IMG/VR virus record: IMGVR_UViG_3300020442_000005
Location: 209,026 to 273,025 of that record
Strand: one strand, 5' to 3'
Length of the DNA: 64,000 nt
In this document: one piece after another, positions 19,538 to 29,271 of the stretch
How positions within the stretch are numbered: position 1 is the first letter of the stretch
Layout of the letters: every line of letters starts with the position of its first letter
Notes under the pieces: model-generated
What the model was told of the DNA's origin: nothing
Database searches by the model: none
Seen by the model: only the letters and a program-made list of their open reading frames with translations
Position numbers and translations under genes: made by a program

Positions 19538-20395
19538 ATGATCGGACATACACCATTCATCTGTATTGACAATGATGAAAGAATATGGGCAAAACTAGAA
19601 ACACACAATAAAACCGGATCTGTAAAAGATCGAATGATTGATTACATATGCGATAATGCTCTTGCAAATGGTGCAATCATTCCTGGAAAGACCCGGCTCA
19701 TTGAGGCAACCAGTGGAAATACTGGAATTGCTTTAGCCAGTTATGCAGCCTCAGTGGGATGCAAATGCCAAATCATAATGCCATGTAACATGTCGGAAGA
19801 AAGAAAACAAATGATGCATGCGTTCGGCGCCGAAATTATAGAAACCGGCCCAAACGAATTTGGACGTGCAATTGCGATGAGAGACTTGAAACTGCGGAAG
19901 TCTAACCCCGGAGAATATTTCTCGCCTCTTCAATTTAGTAATCCTTTAAATGTGGAATGTCACAGAACAACCACAGCGCCAGAGATTCACCAGAACATAA
20001 CAGACATTAAGTGTCTCGCTTGGGATGCATTCGTGCATGGCTCTGGAACTGGAGGGACTATGATGGGATTGAAGAGTTACATTGATGAGAATAGGTTAGG
20101 AGTGAAATGCGTCTTAACTCAGCCGGAAGAAGATAACGCATCCCATGGAATACAGGGCATTAACGATGGTGCTGATTTTCTATTAGATAAGTCATTGATG
20201 GATGAGTTTATATACGTGAAGACGTCCTCAGCAATTGAACGAATGAAGAGATTCTGGAAAGAAAATGGTATCCTGATCGGCATCAGTTCCGGGGCAAACA
20301 TTCTGGCTGCAGAAGAATACGTGAGAAAGCATGATCCAGCTGGAATCGTCGTCACTATTTTATGTGATCGTGGAGAAAGATATTTAAAATGTTGA
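19538..20395 (+). CDS. cysK: PLP-dependent cysteine synthase (CysK/CysM family)
   Basis: AKLE..N.TGSVKDR, EATSGNTGIALA, GSGTGGT, HGIQG, GISSGA, CDRGERY; TTGACA/TATATT promoter upstream. Confidence 0.9.
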   Translation: MIGHTPFICIDNDERIWAKLETHNKTGSVKDRMIDYICDNALANGAIIPGKTRLIEATSGNTGIALASYAASVGCKCQIIMPCNMSEERKQMMHAFGAEIIETGPNEFGRAIAMRDLKLRKSNPGEYFSPLQFSNPLNVECHRTTTAPEIHQNITDIKCLAWDAFVHGSGTGGTMMGLKSYIDENRLGVKCVLTQPEEDNASHGIQGINDGADFLLDKSLMDEFIYVKTSSAIERMKRFWKENGILIGISSGANILAAEEYVRKHDPAGIVVTILCDRGERYLKC

Positions 20396-20402
20396 GGATA
20401 AT

Positions 20403-20711
20403 ATGAAAGGATATAAAACAAGAGAAGAAATAGAAACCATGGTACCGAATCTTCTAGTTCCCTGGTTTATGATGGGAAGCTATGCTTACTATTCTTTGGG
20501 CATGCCATTAATGGAAGACCCAACCTTTGATTATCTTGTACAAAGGCTCAAAGAATGTTATGATGAAGTAGAACATATTCATAAAAAACACATCACAAAG
20601 GAACATCTAGATGCTGGAACTGGATACGATATAGATTATCCGGAGATGGCTAAGGGTGCTACTATACATTATTTAAAGGAGAGCGGATTATGGAACTTAT
20701 ATTTGGAATGA
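20403..20711 (+). CDS. stand-alone NAD+-dependent ligase Ia-like (NMN-binding) domain protein
   Basis: YAYY.LG.PLMED.TFD.L resembles the LigA YY..D.P.ISD.EYD.L motif. Confidence 0.6.
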   Translation: MKGYKTREEIETMVPNLLVPWFMMGSYAYYSLGMPLMEDPTFDYLVQRLKECYDEVEHIHKKHITKEHLDAGTGYDIDYPEMAKGATIHYLKESGLWNLYLE

Positions 20712-20775
20712 TGGTTTCAGTGGGGTTATTTGTTTTTGCCTGGTATTGGTTTTGCGATAAGATGGGATGGTTGTA

Positions 20776-20934
20776 ATGCAGTGGTTAGCTAGTAAAAATA
20801 TGTCACTGTTCTGTTTCGTTTTGAATTGCATCTTTGCGTTTTCAGCTTTAGTTGCAGGAGACGTACTATGGTTTTTTATAAGTGCTGGATTTGCAGCGCT
20901 TTGTTTCTACAATTATAACAACAGTACGGAGTAA
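20776..20934 (+). CDS. small membrane protein (not in ORF track)
   Basis: 52 aa, two hydrophobic segments, fills an operon gap. Confidence 0.5.
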   Translation: MQWLASKNMSLFCFVLNCIFAFSALVAGDVLWFFISAGFAALCFYNYNNSTE

Positions 20935-20937
20935 AAA

Positions 20938-21192
20938 ATGGAATACTTAAAAAGGCTTTGGGAAGTAATCAAATCAAACGCATTGCTTATTGTTCTCGCA
21001 ATTGCTTTTGCAATATATATTTGGGCCAACTATGCGGTTGAAAAGCAAAAGGCGCAAGTAAGCGAGAATGAATTCATGTGTGAAACAACATGTTTTCCAG
21101 CTCAGCATGAGTACATATATGCTGGCAAAGTTGGTTCATGTTGGTGTTATGAAAACAAGGACAGTTTGAAACGCATCAAAGACGAGGATTAA
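20938..21192 (+). CDS. membrane-anchored Cys-containing protein
   Basis: TM helix plus CxxxC...CxC; GGAG SD. Confidence 0.65.
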   Translation: MEYLKRLWEVIKSNALLIVLAIAFAIYIWANYAVEKQKAQVSENEFMCETTCFPAQHEYIYAGKVGSCWCYENKDSLKRIKDED

Positions 21193-21193
21193 A

Positions 21194-21451
21194 TTGGCGA
21201 ATAATATTCCATGGAAAAAACATGATCTTTATTTTGAGTTCGACGGTGATCAAGTGCATGCTGAAATTATTTGGTGGGCAAAAGACTATTACATTCTTAT
21301 CAAGAAGCCGTACGAAATGCATTTGAAGGGCCTGCATATGATGTATATGATTCCTGCAAAGTTCGTTATTGAGATCGATCCAAAAGACAAGCTGCATCAG
21401 GTTCCAATTCTTGACACATGCAAATCAATGATTATGGACGCGCTGTCATGA
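21194..21451 (+). CDS. hypothetical protein
   Basis: GAGG SD, TTG start, operon context. Confidence 0.6.
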   Translation: MANNIPWKKHDLYFEFDGDQVHAEIIWWAKDYYILIKKPYEMHLKGLHMMYMIPAKFVIEIDPKDKLHQVPILDTCKSMIMDALS

Positions 21452-21702
21452 AGGACTATTTTGTATACATTGTGGAATGCGCCGACGGCACTTACTATAC
21501 CGGCATAACGACTGATGTTGACAGACGAATACTAGAGCATAACTACTCTTTTAAGTCTGCAAAGTATACTAGATCCAGACGTCCAGTTAAACTTGTGTAC
21601 TCAAAGTTGGTTGGCAACAGATCAGAAGCTTCTAAGGAAGAATGCAGGATAAAAAAACTTAGCAGATCAGCTAAGAGCGCAATAATTAGAGATGATCAGT
21701 AA
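21448..21702 (+). CDS. GIY-YIG nuclease (YhbQ/YazA-like)
   Basis: YFVYIVEC.DGTYYTGITTD..RR..EHN...AKYTR.RRPV.LVY...A.KEE..IKKL. Confidence 0.9.
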   Translation: MKDYFVYIVECADGTYYTGITTDVDRRILEHNYSFKSAKYTRSRRPVKLVYSKLVGNRSEASKEECRIKKLSRSAKSAIIRDDQ

Positions 21703-21712
21703 GGAGTTTTTT

Positions 21713-23476
21713 ATGAGTAGCAGCAAGTACAGTCTTAGAATATTATTGGAAGATTTACAAGTTCCCAATTTTTTGCTCGAGGAAAAGTCAAGCGCCAAGT
21801 CTGGTGCTAGCAAGTTCAAAGGCGTATACACAGAATATGCTTGTGCAGATAAGCTGGCAACACATCTCGATCTAGATGTGACGGATGCAACAGGAAAAAA
21901 GATTAATGCAAATTCATTGGCCGATGATGAGTTGAAAAAATACGATGCAAACCGCGCAAAAGACCCAACTATTCCAGTGATGGAAAAATCTGACACGAAC
22001 GGGAAAAACCCTGCCGATAACCAATTTGAAGTTTTTAAAAAAGCAATTGAGGATGTTAAGGCGAGGGAAGAAGAAGCTGGTGTAGGTTCTTTCGCTGATT
22101 GCTTGGAAAGAGGCGACGCGCGCATTGAGTGCGTTGGCCAAAGCCCCGGGAAAGAGATAGCCCAAGAAGATATTCGAATACGCTGGCCTTTGAAGGGTGA
22201 CAACCCGAATTATTTATTATTCACTGCAAAAGCTGCCGGCAGCCAATTGACAAAAGCATCATCTACTCCAGGTCAGTTTTCGATGGCTTTAGCGGAAGGT
22301 GCAACATCAAACATGGTTCAGCAAGTTTTTGATTTTATAGAAACGCAATCAAAATCTGAACCTAACAAATCGACCCTTTTAGCAGTCAAAGAAGAATATG
22401 GATTATCAGCAACTGATCATCTGAAAAAAGCAAACGGCAGTTTGAATAGAGAATTGCCAAACAGTAAAATTTTATTCCCAGCCATGTCATCACTGTTAGC
22501 TGACGCGATTATAAAACAGATCACTTCTTGGTCACCAGAAACAGCTGCCGCTCAGATGAAAGTCGCATTTACTAAATATTATAAGAATTCAACCCCGGAA
22601 AAAATGGCAACAATGGCTAAAAATCCACCTCCATATTACTATGGCATCAAGCATGGGAGACGTCAATCAAAGCTTGTAAAAATGAGCGAAATGCATAACG
22701 CATTTCTTTCAGCGCTCGGTGACGTTTTAGTGAATGGAGGAGGAAGTCTAGGCTATGTAGTACCAAAGACCGGTGCAAAGTCAATAACGATTACTCATAA
22801 CAACAACGCTGTGCTTACGTTTCGTGTAGACTGTAGCATCAAGTCAAAAAAGTTTACTCTGGCAATAACATTAGGCCTACCAACAAAAAAGCCAGTATCC
22901 GCTACGACTTTCACCGGAAAAGGGACCGTTTCAGTTGAGGATGACGCGTTCGAGCTTGACTCAAAGGAACTTAAAGACGTTGCTGGAGAAGCAGTGGGCG
23001 CATTGGCAGCGGCCGTTGAAAAAACTATGGGAGTTGCCGATGATGAGTTTTCGACCTACGAATTTGGCCGGAAGTTAAAAGCTTTTTTTGTTGAGAAATC
23101 TACGAACTCGATTAAGTTGCTCAACCAACAGCGGGATAATGAATGGCAGATGTATCTACAATACATTCTCATGGATACATATGGGATATCCCCAGCAGCA
23201 AAAGAAGCGGGAATGATAGCAACAAAGCTGAAAGAGAAGGGATATGGGACATATGATGGTAGGCTTGGTACTTATAGCTTATCAAACAAATCGGTTTCAA
23301 AAAGTAAGCGCAACCTTGAGGGTTTTACCCAGGCGCTCTATGACTCAGTGGACGAATTAATTAAAGACGGTAAAATAAGTTACCAACTAACTGGACCTTT
23401 CGCCATGAGCGCAGATAAGGCACGAGAGTTGAGTCTGCTCGAGCGTTGGTCTAGACTAGCTGGATTGATTAAATAA
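21713..23476 (+). CDS. large putative virion protein
   Basis: AAGGAG SD; N-terminal KYSLRILLE and C-terminal LLERWSRLAGLIK motifs. Confidence 0.75.
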   Translation: MSSSKYSLRILLEDLQVPNFLLEEKSSAKSGASKFKGVYTEYACADKLATHLDLDVTDATGKKINANSLADDELKKYDANRAKDPTIPVMEKSDTNGKNPADNQFEVFKKAIEDVKAREEEAGVGSFADCLERGDARIECVGQSPGKEIAQEDIRIRWPLKGDNPNYLLFTAKAAGSQLTKASSTPGQFSMALAEGATSNMVQQVFDFIETQSKSEPNKSTLLAVKEEYGLSATDHLKKANGSLNRELPNSKILFPAMSSLLADAIIKQITSWSPETAAAQMKVAFTKYYKNSTPEKMATMAKNPPPYYYGIKHGRRQSKLVKMSEMHNAFLSALGDVLVNGGGSLGYVVPKTGAKSITITHNNNAVLTFRVDCSIKSKKFTLAITLGLPTKKPVSATTFTGKGTVSVEDDAFELDSKELKDVAGEAVGALAAAVEKTMGVADDEFSTYEFGRKLKAFFVEKSTNSIKLLNQQRDNEWQMYLQYILMDTYGISPAAKEAGMIATKLKEKGYGTYDGRLGTYSLSNKSVSKSKRNLEGFTQALYDSVDELIKDGKISYQLTGPFAMSADKARELSLLERWSRLAGLIK

Positions 23477-23534
23477 TCCTGTACATTTTGATCCCATAGG
23501 TTAATATAATGTATCCAAACAACAAGGAGACATT

Positions 23535-23780
23535 ATGTCAGATCAAAAAACAAATGTGGCTTTAAAGAACTTTATTGAAAAATATAAAACCATTGAAGCC
23601 GAAATTAAACTTTTGCAAGAAGATAAAAAAGCTCTAATTGATGACCTCAAAGAAAATCAAGGTATTGAACCAAAGGTTATCCGGAAAGCTATCCAGGTTG
23701 CAAAGATTCGAACCGGGATGGGCGACAACATCATCCAGTTGGACCAGATTGTTGATCAACTCGAAGGCACGATTGTGTGA
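23535..23780 (+). CDS. dsDNA-binding protein (GapR/DUF2312 or T4 DsbA-like)
   Basis: LK.FIE....E.EIK.L.ED.K....D.K...G..PK.IRK.I pattern; promoter 23478-23510. Confidence 0.7.
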   Translation: MSDQKTNVALKNFIEKYKTIEAEIKLLQEDKKALIDDLKENQGIEPKVIRKAIQVAKIRTGMGDNIIQLDQIVDQLEGTIV

Positions 23781-23788
23781 GGTGAACT

Positions 23789-24121
23789 GTGAAAAAGCGT
23801 ACTACAATTTGGCTTATTGATATTGATGGAACTGTTTGTGAGGATATTCCAAACGAACAAGCATATCTATTCGGTGCGGCAAAACCATTGCCTGGCGCAC
23901 TTGAGAAAGTAAAAGAGTTTTATGAACGTGGAGACCGAGTGACATTTTTTACATCACGCACTTCTGAACATGCGGAGATTACAGAAGCATGGCTCAAAAA
24001 TCATGGTTTCCCTTTTGAATCAGTTTGTTATAATAAACCTAGAATAAATGAAGGCGAAGAATACTGTTGGGTTGACAACAAGCCTGTCATGGCAATATAC
24101 CTACCAGAAGGTCTTAGATAA
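23789..24121 (+). CDS. HAD-superfamily phosphatase
   Basis: DIDGT, FFTSR, KP, VDN motifs. Confidence 0.85.
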   Translation: MKKRTTIWLIDIDGTVCEDIPNEQAYLFGAAKPLPGALEKVKEFYERGDRVTFFTSRTSEHAEITEAWLKNHGFPFESVCYNKPRINEGEEYCWVDNKPVMAIYLPEGLR

Positions 24122-24131
24122 AGGATTTAAC

Positions 24132-25055
24132 ATGTTGACAACACTATTTACATCTCTTCTGCTTGGGTGTGGTAGCGACATTGCTATCATAACCAGAGAC
24201 AAAGCAATTACTGATACAAATTCAGTATCAGATGTAGTCGAGGAAACCAGCACACCGGACGATACAGTAACAAACGAACCTGGCGACGATGAACCTTCTC
24301 AGCCATCGGCCGAACCATCTGATGAAATGACTGAGCTGACAATCGGATTTGCAGAATTATCGTTAACGCAAATTGCATGTCCGGCCTGTATGGGCGTTCC
24401 GTCTGAGTTTGATATATCAGCTAGTTTAAAACTGCATCAACCAACAACTGGCGGATACAGCGACATGCTGCAAGTTGGAACTTGCGTTACCCAGGAACTG
24501 GGTTCATATGTTAGCTCGACTCCTCTGAATGTATCTGGTGTTGCTTCATTTAACTCAATCCAGCTTTACCCATCTGGTCCTGGGGAATGGACTGCGGCAA
24601 ATCTTCAAGAGTTTCAAATCCCACGACGTGAACCGATCACTGTTGTAACCGATGCTGGTGTCATACCAAATGCATTTGAAACTCTTGAAGGCTTTGATGA
24701 TGTACAGCCATGGGAGCTAAGATATGTCGATCCATCATATGCTTTCGCGGCGGTGGTTTCAAAGCAAGGAACGACTTTCACATGGTATCCAGTGATTACG
24801 GGAGCTTTGTTTGAAGTCATGGTAGTAGTGTACACACCTGATGGTTCGCAGATACTCGGTTTAGTATCTTGTCTAGAGCCTGACATGGGTTACATGACTA
24901 TCCCCGGCTCATATTTCCAGTCGTACCCAACATGGGCTTTGACAGCAATTTATCTAACCCGCCACAGGATTGATAGACAGCCTGCATATGAGTTCAATGG
25001 TTACTTAGAATCACATCAAACATGGACTGTACTTGGTACAGGTCACATTGAATAA
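24132..25055 (+). CDS. putative lipoprotein
   Basis: MLTTLFTSLLLG-C lipobox, acidic/Pro linker, beta-rich domain. Confidence 0.7.
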   Translation: MLTTLFTSLLLGCGSDIAIITRDKAITDTNSVSDVVEETSTPDDTVTNEPGDDEPSQPSAEPSDEMTELTIGFAELSLTQIACPACMGVPSEFDISASLKLHQPTTGGYSDMLQVGTCVTQELGSYVSSTPLNVSGVASFNSIQLYPSGPGEWTAANLQEFQIPRREPITVVTDAGVIPNAFETLEGFDDVQPWELRYVDPSYAFAAVVSKQGTTFTWYPVITGALFEVMVVVYTPDGSQILGLVSCLEPDMGYMTIPGSYFQSYPTWALTAIYLTRHRIDRQPAYEFNGYLESHQTWTVLGTGHIE

Positions 25056-25122
25056 AAATACATAAAATAATATACAACAATAGAAACGTACATAATATAT
25101 AGAGAAATAAATGGAGGTGCTA

Positions 25123-25383
25123 ATGCGCATTTTAATCTTGGCTGCGACTCTTGCAGCATGTACAACAAAGAACGACACTGTTGAGACAACGGAAACAACC
25201 GAAACAACGGAAACAACGACAGAAGTTCTAAAAACCGATCAATCAGATGCGACGGTTTCGGGGAAAAAAACAAATACAACAACCGAAAATAAAACCGAGA
25301 CTACGACAAACGACGAAACTACCGTCACAACTGAAAAAACAGATAAAACTGAAAACAACACTAATGAGGTAACAAATGATTAG
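25123..25383 (+). CDS. Thr/Glu-rich lipoprotein
   Basis: LAA-C lipobox; ETT repeats; GGAGG SD. Confidence 0.75.
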   Translation: MRILILAATLAACTTKNDTVETTETTETTETTTEVLKTDQSDATVSGKKTNTTTENKTETTTNDETTVTTEKTDKTENNTNEVTND

Positions 25384-25552
25384 TTTACTATTAACAATGT
25401 TCTTGGCCTGCGGCGATAAAGAAAATGAAGATACGGCTGCCGAGGATGTAGCAGAAGACACCGCAGCAGAACTTGAAGATACAGGCGAAGAGCAATCCGA
25501 AGAATCCGAAGAATCAGAGGAATCCGAAGAGAGCGAAGAGCCGGCCGAGTAA
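25376..25552 (+). CDS. acidic lipoprotein, 58 aa (not in ORF track)
   Basis: MISLLLTMFLA-CGDKENEDTAAED...(EES)n; GAGG SD. Confidence 0.7.
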   Translation: MISLLLTMFLACGDKENEDTAAEDVAEDTAAELEDTGEEQSEESEESEESEESEEPAE

Positions 25553-25597
25553 TCGGTTTAAAAAAATACACAAACTCTCCCCCCAAAATGTGTTTTT

Positions 25598-25625
25598 AAG
25601 CCTAGGTTAATCCTAGGCTTTTTTT
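25598..25625 (+). terminator. intrinsic terminator
   Basis: AAGCCTAGG-TTAAT-CCTAGGCTT followed by T run. Confidence 0.85.
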
Positions 25626-25676
25626 GTAAAACGTGTTTTTGGTAGGTATATTATTAATACGAACAAGGAGTAATAA

Positions 25677-26096
25677 ATGTTAGATGACAAAACAAAAATG
25701 TTTTTAATCAAAGCAATGACTGAAGGAATTGAGTGCAATTTCCAGAACGAGGAAGCCAAAGATTATTTCATACATACGTTGCAAAAGACTGTCGACAAAA
25801 ACGAAAAGATTGGTTCGAAGTTGATAGGTGACTCGTATGGCTTATTGATGGAAGATTCAACCGGGGATCCGTACGGTATAGTCAAATTGTCAGACAATCT
25901 AGTTTTGTTTGCGTTGCTAATACCTGAACCTGATCTAACCAGTGAGCAATCTGTTGATTTTGGTAGAATAGTATTAGCAGTTCTTTCGACTTTCGCTTTG
26001 ATTGAAGCTGAGCAATCATTAGGAAAAACTGGCAGATCTGCCGCTAAGAGCGAATCTGTCAAGTTCAACATATCAGAAATCGGTGTAATTATTTAG
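25677..26096 (+). CDS. hypothetical protein
   Basis: promoter TTGTAA-N17-TATATT at 25624, AGGAG SD. Confidence 0.7.
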   Translation: MLDDKTKMFLIKAMTEGIECNFQNEEAKDYFIHTLQKTVDKNEKIGSKLIGDSYGLLMEDSTGDPYGIVKLSDNLVLFALLIPEPDLTSEQSVDFGRIVLAVLSTFALIEAEQSLGKTGRSAAKSESVKFNISEIGVII

Positions 26097-26105
26097 GAGA
26101 TAAAA

Positions 26106-26261
26106 ATGCCAAGACCTTTAAAGAATAATGAAATCAATGAAAAAATAGAAGACCTGAAATCTGTTGTCGATAACAATCAATACAAAGTCGGCCTTCAAGA
26201 TAAAATCAATATTGGATTTGCCTTTTTGATTTTGGTCTTGCTTGGTGCAACTTTTTTCTAA
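26106..26261 (+). CDS. small protein with C-terminal TM helix (not in ORF track)
   Basis: AGGAG SD, 51 aa. Confidence 0.55.
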   Translation: MPRPLKNNEINEKIEDLKSVVDNNQYKVGLQDKINIGFAFLILVLLGATFF

Positions 26262-26271
26262 TGGAGAGGTA

Positions 26272-26469
26272 ATGAATTATTCATCCGCAAAAATCAACTA
26301 CAAAAAGATAATTGAATATATTGCTAAAAGTCGTAGAAAAGACAAGGGTTTATACGACCGAGCTAAATCATATCTGTCACAGATGAATCCGGACTGGGAT
26401 AACGTGAAGCTTGAAACCAGCGTACTGTGGGACGTGAGGGATTATTTCAAAAGATCTTCTAAAAATTAG
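26272..26469 (+). CDS. hypothetical protein
   Basis: GAGG SD before ATG 26272. Confidence 0.6.
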   Translation: MNYSSAKINYKKIIEYIAKSRRKDKGLYDRAKSYLSQMNPDWDNVKLETSVLWDVRDYFKRSSKN

Positions 26470-26553
26470 AAACTGAAAAGTTTACCTTTTCACTGAACCA
26501 TACTTATAAATAGGGGGAGGGCAGCACGCAATACCTATTTTGGGTATGGTTCT

Positions 26554-26970
26554 TTGCTGGCATCAATGGATTTTAGGGAAAATGATCTAGTTGTAATAAA
26601 GGGCATGAAATATTCCGCGGATAAGGAAGAGATAGTTGCAGAAATATACAGAATATTATTTGTGGGTCTACACGATTTAATAGTAATCTCGAGAAAAAAG
26701 TATGGTAAAGTACCATTCAAGATCTCAAAATCTTCTTGCATATCTTTAAGAACAAAAATCAAAGAGACTAATCCAACAGGTGAAAATGAAATTAAACTAG
26801 GGTCACTTGTGCTTGGGATCGACGTAAATTATGATGGATCGATCCAAAAGAAAGTAGTTGGACATGTCATACAAATTATTGAAAACCACAACTCGATGAA
26901 ATACTATGTCATCAATTCAGATAACAAGGACACAATGTTCGAAAAAGACAAGGTTTTATTGTTGCAGTAG
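26554..26970 (+). CDS. hypothetical protein (tandem SH3-like)
   Basis: ORF; start probably ATG 26566. Confidence 0.6.
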   Translation: MLASMDFRENDLVVIKGMKYSADKEEIVAEIYRILFVGLHDLIVISRKKYGKVPFKISKSSCISLRTKIKETNPTGENEIKLGSLVLGIDVNYDGSIQKKVVGHVIQIIENHNSMKYYVINSDNKDTMFEKDKVLLLQ

Positions 26971-27015
26971 GTGTCAACTATATATTTATAAATGCACTAT
27001 TTCAAAGGGTTATTT

Positions 27016-28008
27016 ATGGAAAAATATGGTTGGAATCCTCTGTCAGGCCTAATAAAAGATATAAAGCTGTCAGGTGGATTTGTAAATGCGCACTCTCATT
27101 TGGACAGAGCACATACCGTTACACAAGAGATGATGGTAAAAACAAAAGACCATCTACACCAAAAATGGAAACTAGTTGACGACATTAAATTAAAAAGAAC
27201 TACTGATGATTACCGATTTGATATCAAACGTGCTCTAGATCATCAGAGACATATCGGAATCAACACTATATGTTCGTTTATAGACATTGACGAAGTAGTA
27301 GGTTACAAAGCTATCGATGGCGCTGTACTAGCGAGAAAAGATATTCACGACCAAATCGGTGTAGACGGAATGAATATCCAGTTTGCATGCCAAACCTTGA
27401 AAGGAGTTTTAGATCAGAATAATTTTGAGCTGATAAAAAATAGAATCCATTGTTTTGATATCATAGGATCACTGCCTGGCGCTGATAAAAATCGAGAAGC
27501 AGAACATTTGGATGTTGTGATGAAACTTGCAAAAGACCAAAACAAAATGTTGCATGTACACGTCGATCAACTCAACGACCCAAACGAGAAAGAGACGGAA
27601 CTCTTGTGTAGGAAAACAATCGAACACGGGTTAGAAGGAAAGGTCGTTGCAATACATTCAATTTCTCTTGCTGCGCATTCTAAACGATACAGACATGAAG
27701 TTTATAAAATGGCAAAGGACGCTGGTCTAATGTTTGTTACATGTCCGACCGCATGGATCGATCACCCAAGAAATGAAACTCTTATGCCTTTCCATAATGC
27801 TGTAACTCCAGTTGATGAATTACTTACTTATGATTTAACCATTGGAATCGGATCGGATAATATACATGATATCTATAAACCATATTCAGACGGAAACATG
27901 GAAACTGAATTAAGATTCTTGCTTGAATCTTGCAAGATATATGACGTTAACGTACTAAAAAACATTGCAACCATTGGTGGATTAAAAGTTTGCGGCATAA
28001 TTAAGTAA
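27016..28008 (+). CDS. amidohydrolase, cytosine deaminase (CodA)-like
   Basis: FVNAHSHLD (HxH), HVHVDQ, AIHS, GSDNI.D.Y.P. Confidence 0.82.
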   Translation: MEKYGWNPLSGLIKDIKLSGGFVNAHSHLDRAHTVTQEMMVKTKDHLHQKWKLVDDIKLKRTTDDYRFDIKRALDHQRHIGINTICSFIDIDEVVGYKAIDGAVLARKDIHDQIGVDGMNIQFACQTLKGVLDQNNFELIKNRIHCFDIIGSLPGADKNREAEHLDVVMKLAKDQNKMLHVHVDQLNDPNEKETELLCRKTIEHGLEGKVVAIHSISLAAHSKRYRHEVYKMAKDAGLMFVTCPTAWIDHPRNETLMPFHNAVTPVDELLTYDLTIGIGSDNIHDIYKPYSDGNMETELRFLLESCKIYDVNVLKNIATIGGLKVCGIIK

Positions 28009-28031
28009 TGAAAAAAGAAATGGAGTAAGTC

Positions 28032-28394
28032 ATGAGTAAAAAATGGTCTAGATCAGACGTGGTTAACTGGATGAGAATGATAAACGAGTGTGGCTGTGAG
28101 GACGAAAGCCACAGCGTACATGGTGATACGATGTTCAGCGTTTCGTTTGAGCCACAGATGTTGCGTGACGTCGTACAACAAAAGATGGGATCCATGAATG
28201 CAATGTGTCCTGAATCATATGAAATGGCAGCTGACTTTGTATGCCAAGATCCTCATGCAGTTCTGGAAATGATAAAGCCTTTAATGGCTCAGATTGGAAT
28301 AGGATGTCCCCAGTCATTTGCAAAAGCGATGGCAGATGTATTTTACGCCGGGCAGGACATGGGAATTGTTAAACCTTTCAACACAGAGAAATAA
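28032..28394 (+). CDS. hypothetical protein (putative virion, INE site)
   Basis: GGAG SD; MINECGC. Confidence 0.65.
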   Translation: MSKKWSRSDVVNWMRMINECGCEDESHSVHGDTMFSVSFEPQMLRDVVQQKMGSMNAMCPESYEMAADFVCQDPHAVLEMIKPLMAQIGIGCPQSFAKAMADVFYAGQDMGIVKPFNTEK

Positions 28395-28395
28395 A

Positions 28396-28800
28396 ATGAA
28401 GATTACAAAGAGCCAATTAAAAAGAATCATTCGAGAAGAATACACACGACTTATGCACAGTGGTTTACTAGCTGAAACTAATTACATGGCTATGGGTGCT
28501 CCATACGACAGTCAATTATTTGCCGATTGGTGCGATGCAGTAGACAGCTTGTACGATGACGTTCCATCTTGGACTACCAACGCGTTAGGGTACCTTTGGG
28601 AACAAGACATTGAAGAAATGTTAGATGAAGACGGGAATTATTATGTTAAGACCTTGTTTGCATCAACTGGCGCTTACGATGGTTGTGCATCTCTTGTGAA
28701 GTTGGCTATGGATAACGGATCAAAACCTAGACACGTAGAGTACCTTATGAATAAATTCTTAAAATTCGCAAGAGAAGAGCAAGGATACACTGTCGTCTAA
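28396..28800 (+). CDS. putative virion protein with MKITKSQLKRIIREE leader
   Basis: leader REEY.RL...GL..E shared with 28882 and 30707. Confidence 0.75.
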   Translation: MKITKSQLKRIIREEYTRLMHSGLLAETNYMAMGAPYDSQLFADWCDAVDSLYDDVPSWTTNALGYLWEQDIEEMLDEDGNYYVKTLFASTGAYDGCASLVKLAMDNGSKPRHVEYLMNKFLKFAREEQGYTVV

Positions 28801-28881
28801 AGACTGCATTTAATCTCATGAAAAAAGTGTATCCGGACTGTCTGAATTAATTTAAAAACCATTCAACAAAGAGCCAGTCAT

Positions 28882-29262
28882 ATGAAAATATCAAAACGAC
28901 AACTCAGAAGAATAATCAAAGAAGAATACTCACGACTTGCCCGGCATGGACTTATCAAAGAGGCGAACGAATTTTATGTAAGTGCAAGCGACCCGATCGT
29001 GATGGAAATTATCGATATTGCAAAAGATGCAGTGCAGCGTGGTAAGCCGGGTATCACATATCAAGATATTGAGTATGCATTTTACGAGGCTGCTGAGCCT
29101 GATGAGTTCGTTCATCCGGTTAGCTATGAAGACATCGACTTTGTAACGTCAATGAACGAGATGGATATTGAGAGTTTTTTGAATCACTTGGCTGGCATGG
29201 GTGTCCTGAGGTTGGTTTCAAGCCCTAGTAGCCGAGTTGCTATGTACGCAGCTGCCGTATAG
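28882..29262 (+). CDS. putative virion protein with MKISKRQLRRIIKEE leader
   Basis: leader plus acidic, possibly winged-helix domain. Confidence 0.75.
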   Translation: MKISKRQLRRIIKEEYSRLARHGLIKEANEFYVSASDPIVMEIIDIAKDAVQRGKPGITYQDIEYAFYEAAEPDEFVHPVSYEDIDFVTSMNEMDIESFLNHLAGMGVLRLVSSPSSRVAMYAAAV

Positions 29263-29271
29263 AGAGACAAA

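Noticed and set aside
25180-25545. Short tandem 9-nt repeats
   Set aside because: They simply encode ETT and EES low-complexity lipoprotein tails.
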